Source: an uncultured beta proteobacterium
Lineage (GTDB): Bacteria > Pseudomonadota > Gammaproteobacteria > Burkholderiales > Gallionellaceae
Assembly: GCA_963735945.1 (NCBI GenBank)
Contig: CAVTMV010000010.1
Coordinates: 17,559-81,558 of the forward strand
Direction: 5' to 3'
DNA: 64,000 nucleotides
In this document: in pieces, positions 10,579 through 21,322 of the stretch
Layout of the letters: every line of letters starts with the position of its first letter
Position numbering within the stretch: position 1 is the first letter of the stretch
Program-made: the position numbers and the translations under genes
Notes under the pieces: generated by a model
The model's database searches: none
Seen by the model: only the letters and a program-made list of their open reading frames with translations
Told to the model about the DNA's origin: nothing

Positions 10579-12290
10579 ATGAAGTTGAGCACGAGATTCT
10601 ATTTGTTGATGCTGGCCATATTCCTGTGCTTCAGCCTGGTTTCCTGGATCGCATTTGGCGAGCTGGTGAACGAGATCAATGTTCGATGGGGGCAGCAATT
10701 CGCCGAGCGGCAAGTGTTGTTCGACAAACACCGGACCCTCTCGCCGTTGATTCGCGAAATCAGACTGGCTCGCCAGATGGCGACCGAGCCGGCGCTGATT
10801 GAGATGGCATTGCACGAGAATGATGCGGCAGTGAAGAAGCGTGCGACACAGGTGATGGAGCACTATCGTTTCGAATTTCGCGACCACAGTTATTTCGCCG
10901 CCTTTGCCCGCAGCGGCAATTATTACTTCAACGATTCGGAAGGGCAGTATTCGAATAGACAGTATCGCTACACCCTGTCGCCAAAAGAAAAGCACGACTA
11001 CTGGTTCTATGCGACGCTGAAAAACGGGGCGGATTATCAGGTCAATCTCGATCCGGACGTGCATCTGGGCGTGGTGAAGGTCTGGATCAACGTGCTGCTC
11101 AAGAATGGAGGCGAGGTATTGGGAGTGATCGGTACCGGCATCGACCTGACCGAGTTCCTGAAGGAAAGCGTGGACATCAACCAGCCGGGCGTGGATACCT
11201 TCTTTGTGGACAAGAGCATGGCGATCCAGCTTTCCGCCGATCCCAAATTGATCGACTTTGCCAGCATCGCCAAAACGGTCGGCGAACGTATCAAGATCGA
11301 TGTGCTGCTCAAGAACCCGGCAGATGTCGAGCGTTTGCGCCAGACTGCCCTGGAACTCGAGAAACAGCACGGCAGCGATGTGTCTACCTTGTGGGTGGAT
11401 TACCGTGGGGAGAAGCGGCTGCTCGGCATGGCCTACCTGCCGGAGGTCGGCTGGTATGACCTGACTTTGATGGATGAAAAGAGCTTGCAGGTGTTGCATG
11501 GTTTTGCCTGGCTGCCGCTGTTGTTCGGGACGATATTCCTGCATGGCGATGCTGATACTGGGGTGCTTGCTGCATCGCTGGGTGTTGGATCCGATTAGCA
11601 AGACTGACCAAGGCCACCGAACATATCCAGCATGGCAACTACGACATCGAACCGCCGATCGTCGGGAAAGGCGAGATTTCGGCGTTGTCGCGTTCTTTCT
11701 GGCAGATGGTGGAGTTCGTGCGCAATACCAATGTCGAACTGGAACGCAAGGTCGAGGAGCGTACGGAGGATTTGCAGCGGCTGACCGAGATCGATTACCT
11801 GACGGGTCTGCTGAACCGGCGCGGCATGATGGACAAGCTGGAAAAAGAAGTTGCACGCCAGGCACGGCAGGGAGGTTCAATGGGGCTGCTGTTGCTCGAC
11901 CTGGATCACTTCAAGCAGGTCAACGATACCTATGGCCATGCGGCGGGCGATCTGGCTTTATGTGCCGCGGCCAATGTCTTGCGCTCCATGAAGCGCAGCT
12001 ATGACTCACGCCGGGCGCTGGGGAGGCGAGGAATTCATGCTGCTGTTGCCGGAATGCCATGAGGAAGAACTGGTTGCCATTGCCGAACGCATTCGCGAGG
12101 CGATACGGAATTTGCGCATTGCGACCGGTACTCAGGCTTTCAGCCTGACCGTCAGCATCGGCGTGCACTACCCGAATACGCCGCAGACACTGGACGCGAT
12201 GCTGCAACTGGCCGATAAAGCCTTGTATGCAGCAAAAGATGCGGGGCGTGACTGCGTGCGGACTTCCTGGCAGGAGAGCCTGACAGGGGG
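10579..12290 (+). CDS. Membrane sensor diguanylate cyclase (Cache-like periplasmic domain, HAMP, GGEEF); 3 or more frameshifts; 3' end approximate
   Basis: TM, periplasmic region, TM, HAMP, then [24 protein letters not shown] and RWGGEEF with an RxxD I-site. Confidence 0.8.
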
Positions 12291-12296
12291 AGATCG

Positions 12297-12717
12297 CTAT
12301 CCCCGGGTGTTCGACTGCGTCTGGAACTGGGTCAGATCGACCAGCGGCGCCGGTTGCCAGCCGGGTTTGCGGTGTTCGGCCACGACATTGGTGAAGATGC
12401 CGCCGCGCACGATAGAACTTGGCGGTCAGGCGCATGAAACGGGGCTGGGTGGCGGCGACCAGGTCGTCCAGCACGCGGTTGGTCACGTCCTCGTGGAAAT
12501 GCCCTTCGTTGCGGAACGACCAGATATACAGCTTCAGGCTCTTCAATTCCACGCATTTCTCGTCGGCGATGTAATCCAGGATCAGGGTGGCGAAATCCGG
12601 CTGGCCGGTCTTGGGGCACAGGCAGGTGAATTCCGGGATTTCCATGTGGATGTGGTAATCGCGCTTGGGTTGCGGATTGGGAAAAGTCTCTAATGCCTTA
12701 GTGGGTTGGGTGGTCAT
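12297..12717 (-). CDS. queF: 7-cyano-7-deazaguanine (preQ0) reductase, short type; frameshift near 12410
   Basis: [30 protein letters not shown]. The shifted frame continues [21 protein letters not shown]...RG*. Confidence 0.93.
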
Positions 12718-12777
12718 TTGGTGAGGTGCACGGGTTCAGTTAGAATGCGGCGCATTATATCGTCAGCCTGAATCAAA

Positions 12778-15700
12778 TTGCGTCTTGCCCATATAAAGTT
12801 AGCCGGTTTCAAGTCCTTCGTTGATCCCACCCATATCTCGCTGCCCGGGCAGCTGGTGGGTATCGTCGGCCCCAATGGTTGCGGCAAATCCAACGTCATC
12901 GACGCCTTGCGCTGGGTGCTGGGCGAATCCCGCGCCTCGGCATTGCGCGGCGAATCCATGCAGGACGTGATCTTCAACGGCGCCGGCACGCGCAAGCCGG
13001 TGGCGCGCGCCAGCGTCGAACTGGTGTTCGACAATTCGCTGGGCAAGGTCGGCGGCCAGTGGGCGACCTACGCCGAGATCTCCATCAAGCGCGTGCTGCA
13101 GCGCGACGGCGATTCCAGCTACTACATCAACAACCAGTCGGTGCGCCGCAAGGACATCACCGACATCTTCCTCGGCACCGGCGTCGGCGCGCGCGCCTAC
13201 GCCATCATCGAGCAGGGCATGATCTCGCGCATCATCGAGGCCAAGCCGGAAGAGCTGCGCGTGTTCCTCGAAGAAGCGGCCGGCGTGTCCAAATACCGCG
13301 ACCGCCGCCGCGAGACCGAGCTGCGCCTGGGCGATACCCGCGACAACCTGCTGCGCGTCTCCGACATCCTGCAGGAACTGGACAAGCAACTGGTGCATCT
13401 GGGCGGACAGGCCGAAGTGGCCAAGACCTACCGCGAACTGGAAGCACGGCGCGAGACCACGCAAAAGCTGCTGTGGCTGGTGAACAAACAGGAAGCCGAA
13501 ACGCGCCGCGCGCGCTTTGCGCAGCAGGTCGAGAAGACCAAGAACGACCTGGAAGCCGAGATCGCCAAGCTGCGCGAAGTGGAAGCCAAGCTGGAAACCG
13601 CGCGCAGCGAGCATTTCGGCCTGTCCGATGCGCTGCATGCCAAGCAGGGCGAGCTGTATGCGAGCAATGCCGAAGTGTTGCGCCTGGAACAGCAGATCGC
13701 CTTCATCGTCGAGCAGCGCAACCGCCTGTCGCAACAGATCCAGAACGGCGAACGCCAGATCGCGCAGCAGCAGACCCAGTTGCAGGGCCTGCGCACCCTG
13801 CGCACGCACTGGCAGCAACAGCAGGAAGATGCCGCGGTGCGCGTGGCGACCTGCGAGAACCGCAGCGAGATGCGAGGCGCAGAGCCTGCCGCAGGTGGAA
13901 GAGGCGGCGCGCGTGGCGCAGGAACGCCTCAATGCGATGCAGCGCGAGCAGATGCTGATCCAGCAGCAATTGCAGATCTTCGAGACGCAGCGCGGCCATG
14001 TGCAGGGCAACGTGCAGCAACTGGATAGCCGCCGTTCGCGCCTGATGCTGGAACGCGACAACCTGCCGCAAGTCGATATGCGAATTGCTGGAGCAGAACC
14101 AGCAGCAGCTCGCCGAGATGCAGGCGGAGTACGAGATGCAGCAGCAACAGCTGGCGGAGTTGCAGGAGCGCCTGCCGCTGGCCGATGCCGAGCGCCGCCA
14201 GCAGCGCGATGCCGTGCAGGAACTGGAGCGCCAGCTGGCGCAGACCGAAGCGCGCCTGAATGCGCTGCAGCAATTGCAGACGCAGCTCGACAACGACAAG
14301 AACCTGAAGGCCTGGCTGACCCAGCACCAGCTGGATAACGCGCCGCGCCTGTGGCAATCCATCCGTATCGAACAGGGCTGGGAAGACGCGCTGGAAGCGG
14401 TGCTGCGCGAGCGCATCAATGCGCTGGCATTGCCGCGTCTGGAAGATGCGGCAGGCTGGAACGATGCGCCGCCGGCCAAGCTGGCCGTGTATGCGGCGGA
14501 CGGTTCGCGCTCGGCCAATGCGGCTGCGCAAGCCGGTTTGACGCCGCTGGCGAACTACGTGCGCTGCCAGGATGCGCAGGCGGCGCCCGTGGTGGATGAC
14601 TGGCTGGCGGGCGTGTATGCCGTGGCCAGCCTGAACGAGGCGCTGAGCCAGCGCAGCAATCTGCCGGCCGGCGCCTGGCTGGTGACGGCGCAAGGCCATC
14701 TGGTCGGCGCGCACAGCGTGCTGTTCCATGCGCCGGACAGCCAGTTGCACGGTGTGCTGGCACGCCAGCGCGAGATCGAACAGTTGCAGCAGGAAGCGCA
14801 GCAGCGCAGCGAAGCACTGGAGCAGGGCAAGCAGCAGTCTGCGCAGGCCGAAGAGGCGTATCGCACTGTCGAAGGACGCATCGCACCGTTGCGCAGTTCC
14901 AGCAGCGAGCTGCAGCAGCGCCAGCACAGCGTGCAGATGCAGATCCTGAAGCTGACCCAGGCCAACGAGCGCACGCAGGAACGCAACGTGCAGATCGCGC
15001 AGGAGCTGGAAGAGCTGGCCGACCGCATCGCCAACGAGCAGCGCCAGATGGAGGAGATCGCCGAGCAGATGGCGATCCAGCGCGAGAAGCTGATCGTCGC
15101 AGCAGATGGAAAGCGATCAGGCGCGGCAGCAGTCCGGCACGCAGGACAATCTGTTGCGCGAACAGCGCGACCGCGCACAGAAGGCGCAGCACGAATTGCA
15201 GGAAGCGCGCTTCTTCGCCAAGACCTGTGCGGAGAAACTGGCCGACCTGGAGCAGAACCTGAAACAGCACGGCGAGACGCTGACGCAGCTGGAAGAGGCG
15301 CTGGCGCACAGCCGCAACGAACAGGCGAGCCTGAGCGACAGCGATGCCGACCAGCAGTTGCAGGCGGCGCTGGAGCAACGACAGGTGACGGAACAGGCGC
15401 TGGCCGAAGCGCGCAACACGCTGGAACATGCCACGCTGAACCTGAACCGCATGGAACAGGAGCGCATGGCCTGCGAGCAGAAGCTGAATCCGCTGCGCGA
15501 GAAAGTCAGCGAGATCACGCTCAAGGAGCAGGAAGCGCGCATCCAGTTCGAGCAATGGGCGGAACAGCTGCAGGGGGTGGACGAAGAGCCGCTGCTGCCG
15601 CTGATCGAAGGCGCCAAGGCCGGCGGCTTGCAGAGCGAACTGACCCGGCTGGGCAACGAGATCACCGCGCTGGGCGCGGTGAACCTGGCGGCGCTGGAAG

Positions 15701-16311
15701 AATTGCAGACGGCGCAGGAGCGCAAGACCTATCTGGATGCGCAGGCCAAAGACCTGAACGAGGCGATCGAGACGCTGGAAGACGCGATCCGCCGCATCGA
15801 CAAGGAATCGCGCGACCTGCTGATGGCGACCTATGAGGAGGTGAACCGCCATCTGTCCGAGCTGTTCCCGATCCTGTTCGGCGGCGGCGATGCGAAGCTG
15901 GTGCTGACCGGCGAGGAGATCCTCGACAGCGGCGTGCAGGTGATGGCGCATCCGCCGGGCAAGAAGAATGCCTCCATCCATCTGCTGTCCGGCGGCGAAA
16001 AGGCACTGACCGCCATCGCGCTGGTGTTCTCGCTGTTCCAGCTCAATCCGGCGCCGTTCTGCGTGCTGGACGAGGTGGATGCGCCGCTGGACGACACCAA
16101 TACCGAACGGCTGTGCAAGCTGATCCAGAAGATGTCGGACAAGACGCAGTTCGTCTACATCAGCCACAACAAGATCACCATGGAGATGGCGCAGCAACTG
16201 ATCGGCGTGACCATGCAGGAGCGCGGCGTCTCCAAGGTGGTGTCGGTGGATATCGAAGAGGCGCTGAAGCTGAGCGAGGAGAGCGGCGGCAAGGCCGCCG
16301 TTACTGCCTAG
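12778..16311 (+). CDS. smc: Chromosome segregation protein SMC; frameshifts near 13870, 14080 and 15105
   Basis: GFKSF, GPNGCGKSN Walker A, coiled coils and hinge, LLSGGEKAL signature, LDEVDAPLD, ISHNK. Confidence 0.95.
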
Positions 16312-16767
16312 TTGCAGTTTGTGCTGACTGATCTTGCGAGCTTCTTCCAGGCGTTGCGCGCGTGCATCATCGTCCAGGAATGAACGTTCGCCGTTGGCGT
16401 CGTAGGTGACGATGCGAGCCCCGTCTTCCAGTGCACGTACATTTTGACGGGCGGCCTCGCAGTTGTCTCGTTCTTGGTTTCTGCAGCGGTCATCCTGCTT
16501 GGCTTTCTTTTGCGAGGCATCTTCTTTTTCCTGCTTGGCCTTCTTCATTTCAGCTTCGCGTTCGGCGAGACTTTTGGGGGCATAGCTGGCTGGGGCATTT
16601 GCCTGGTCTTTGCCTGCAATGTTGCGCACGGACTTTGCCGTTGTCACTTCGGGCGGGACAGTATCCGAGTAATGTACTTTGCCTTCGGCATCCACCCATT
16701 TGTTCAGCCCCGCATGGGCATTCAGGCTAAATAGCATCAGCACAATGATCGCAAAATGGTATTTCAT
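16308..16767 (-). CDS. DUF4124-type exported protein; two apparent frameshifts
   Basis: Signal peptide followed by KWVDAEGKVHYSDTVPP, NCEAARQN..L and a C-terminal ...NCN*. Confidence 0.75.
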
Positions 16768-16906
16768 GAGCATCCTCCAGAGAATGATGGATGCGAAACT
16801 AGCTGTTAATTTGTCTCGCGTCAATTTATGATAGCGCTCGATTTTATACTTGCCTCTTCAATCATAGGAGCTCCGGAACGACAACTAGCAGGGTTTTCAA
16901 GCAGAA

Positions 16907-17575
16907 ATGTCACATACACAATTGCCGGCAGGCATCAATCAGGATTATTTCCAGGTAGACAGAAATCAGGATTTGGTACTCCGGTTGTTTCGTTCTTATT
17001 ACCGTGCGCATCAGAACTCGGGGAAGCTGTTCGACGACTTCCCCGATTTCGTTATGGTCAGGCCCGACGTACTCAAAGATGCCGATCTGATGACGCGTGC
17101 TTCTGACAAGTTGATACTTGACGATTGCATCCATCATGCGCAGGAGCGTCATGGTTATGTGGGCGTGAGCAAACGAAAGAATCCCAAGCTCAATTATTAT
17201 TGGCTGGAATTGACGGTAATGCCGTTTGTGCTGGGCGACTCGGTGACGGAGAACAATAAAAACGAGTTCTTTTATGTATTGAGCAATTTCATCGAATATA
17301 CCAAGCAACACCCGGCGATGTATGGAGACATTACGGCCGAGATCGATTCCGACAAGGATCTGGCGTTGATGCTGAAGGAGATCAACAAGCAGGGCGATAA
17401 GTTGAAGTCGTTATTGTCTGTTTATCCGGAAGAAATGCTGGTGCGATTCAAGGCGAACTGGCCGATCAGCGAGGTGAATAAATTGCTGATGACCATGAAA
17501 GACAATGACCAGAGCTGGTGTGAGGTATTTTTCGAGTATCTGATTTATGTGATGGGCAGGAAGGGCAAGGCGTAG
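16907..17575 (+). CDS. Hypothetical protein (222 aa)
   Basis: Uninterrupted ORF filling the gap, with globular protein composition. No motif recognised. Confidence 0.7.
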   Translation: MSHTQLPAGINQDYFQVDRNQDLVLRLFRSYYRAHQNSGKLFDDFPDFVMVRPDVLKDADLMTRASDKLILDDCIHHAQERHGYVGVSKRKNPKLNYYWLELTVMPFVLGDSVTENNKNEFFYVLSNFIEYTKQHPAMYGDITAEIDSDKDLALMLKEINKQGDKLKSLLSVYPEEMLVRFKANWPISEVNKLLMTMKDNDQSWCEVFFEYLIYVMGRKGKA

Positions 17576-17617
17576 TCTCTGGGGGCAATCACGCTGCGGT
17601 CATAACGCAAGTTTTGA

Positions 17618-17630
17618 TATAATGCGCTCT
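17618..17630 (+). promoter_or_regulatory. Putative sigma70 -10 box with GC-rich discriminator for guaBA
   Basis: TATAAT-GCGC located 26 nt upstream of the guaB ATG. Confidence 0.5.
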
Positions 17631-17648
17631 TTGCAGAGGAAGGCGCCC

Positions 17649-19110
<1,462 letters not shown>

Positions 19111-19112
19111 CT

Positions 19113-19187
19113 GCGAAGAGATCGAGGAGAGCGGATAGAGAAGGGTAGCAGCCTGAACCGCTCTTCTCCCCTTCTCGTTTCTCCATC
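19113..19187. repeat. Purine-rich/pyrimidine-rich imperfect hairpin in the guaB-guaA spacer
   Basis: gaagagatcgaggagagcggatagagaag followed by ctcttctccccttctcgtttctccatc. Confidence 0.4.
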
Positions 19188-19199
19188 ACGGCGATCAAC

Positions 19200-20781
19200 A
19201 TGCACAAGAAAATCCTCATCCTCGATTTCGGTTCCCAGTACACCCAGCTTATCGCCCGCCGCGTGCGCGAGACACATGTCTATTGCGAACTGCATCCCTG
19301 GGACATGAGCGAGGCGGATATCCGCGCGTTCGACCCCGGCCGGCATCATCCTCTCCGGCGGCCCGAATTCGGTCTATGAAGAAGAGACGCCGAAGGCGCC
19401 GCAGGTGGTGTTCGAGCTGGGCGTGCCGGTGTTCGGCATCTGCTACGGCATGCAGACCATGGCGGCACAACTCGGCGGCAAGGTCGAAAGCGGCAAGGTG
19501 CGCGAGTTCGGTTATGCCGAGATCCGTGCACAAGGGCACTCGAAACTGTTTAACGGCATCCAGGACAAGACCAACGCGCAGGGCCACGGCCTGCTCGACG
19601 TGTGGATGAGCCACGGCGACAAGGTGACGGCATTGCCGCCCGGATTTACGGCCATTGCTTCCAACGACGCCACGCCGTTCGCCGCGATGGCGGACGAGTC
19701 GCGCCGTTATTACGCGGTGCAGTTCCATCCCGAAGTCACCCACACCTACCAGGGCAAGGCCATCATCGGCCGTTTCGTGCATGACATCTGCGGCTGCGGC
19801 CAGGACTGGAACATGCCGGATTACATCGGCGAAGCGGTGGCGAAGATCAAGGCGCAGGTCGGCAACGAGGAGGTCATTCTCGGCTTGTCCGGCGGCGTGG
19901 ATTCTTCCGTGGCGGCGGCGCTGATCCATCGCGCCATCGGCGACCAGCTGACCTGCGTGTTTGTGGACAACGGCCTGTTGCGCCTGCACGAAGGCGATCA
20001 GGTGATGGAGACCTTTGCGCAAAACCTGCACATGAAGGTCATCCGCGTCGATGCCAGCGGCGAATTCATGAAGCACCTGGCCGGTGTGACCGATCCCGAG
20101 CAAAAACGCAAGGTCATCGGCCGCGAGTTCGTCGAAGTGTTCCAGCGCGAATCGGCCAAGCTGAAGAGCGCCAAGTGGCTGGCGCAGGGCACCATCTATC
20201 CGGACGTGATCGAATCGGCCGGCGCCAAGACCAAGAAGGCGCACACCATCAAATCGCACCACAACGTCGGCGGCCTGCCGGAATCCATGCACCTCAAGTT
20301 GCTGGAGCCGTTGCGCGAACTGTTCAAGGATGAGGTGCGCGAACTCGGCGTGGCCTTGGGCCTGCCTGCCGACATGATCTACCGCCATCCGTTCCCCGGC
20401 CCCGGCCTGGGCGTGCGCATCCTCGGCGAAGTCAAACGCGAGTACGCCGAGTTGTTGCGTCGTGCCGATGCCATCTTCATCGAGGAATTGCGCAACACCA
20501 AGGATGCCGACGGCAAGAGCTGGTATGACAAGACCTCGCAGGCCTTCACCGTGTTCCTGCCGGTCAAGTCGGTCGGCGTGATGGGCGACGGCCGCACCTA
20601 TGAGTGGGTGGTGAGCTTGCGCGCGGTGCAGACGCAGGATTTCATGACCGCACACTGGGCACATCTGCCGTATGAGTTGCTGGGCAAGGTCTCCAACCGC
20701 ATCATCAACGAAGTACGCGGCATCAACCGCGTGGTCTACGACATCTCCGGCAAACCGCCCGCCACCATCGAGTGGGAATGA
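19200..20781 (+). CDS. guaA: GMP synthase (glutamine-hydrolysing); frameshift near 19337
   Basis: [56 protein letters not shown]. Confidence 0.97.
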
Positions 20782-20828
20782 TTTAACGTCTGGCAATAAC
20801 TAGCGATATCCAGCAACAAAACCTCACC

Positions 20829-20853
20829 AAGCCCTGTAACCACGGGGCTTTTT
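20829..20853 (+). terminator. Hairpin plus U-tract after guaA
   Basis: aagccctgt-aacc-acggggctt followed by ttt. Confidence 0.6.
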
Positions 20854-21019
20854 CATTCTCTTTCTGGCATTACCCTTGCATCGCTTGGGACGGAACAGCA
20901 CTTAACCGCTCATATTGCGTAATACCGAGTAGCTGATGAAAACAGCTACCGGCATTATTGACTGGATGTTGCTATAATTTTCAGGCAGTCAAAAATACAA
21001 AATGAATTAGGAGAGAGTC

Positions 21020-21136
21020 ATGAAATTCAACCAATCCGGTTTTAACCTGATTGAAGTAGCGATATTGATCGTGTCTGCCTCAGTCCTGCTTGGCGTCGTT
21101 TGGAAGGGACTGGAATACCTCAATGTCGTAAATTGA
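21020..21136 (+). CDS. 38-aa prepilin-like mini-protein (not in the ORF track)
   Basis: AGGAGAG RBS, then MKFNQSG|FNLIEVAILIVSASVLLGVVWKGLEYLNVVN*. Class III signal peptide with G-1, F+1, E+5 and a hydrophobic helix. Confidence 0.65.
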   Translation: MKFNQSGFNLIEVAILIVSASVLLGVVWKGLEYLNVVN

Positions 21137-21322
21137 GACACTTCAATCGCACCAGCCCCCTCAAATTGCGGCTCGTTTGGAGCCGGATTCAAACAACACC
21201 GGGCTGGCGCGGCCAAAAATAGCCTGTTTTTCCACCTTTATTCCGGGCTTGATCGGAACGGCGAACTGTTACTTTAGCGTCGAGCCGATGCCCTGCGCAT
21301 CTCAACGCGAAAGAGGTGGAAC

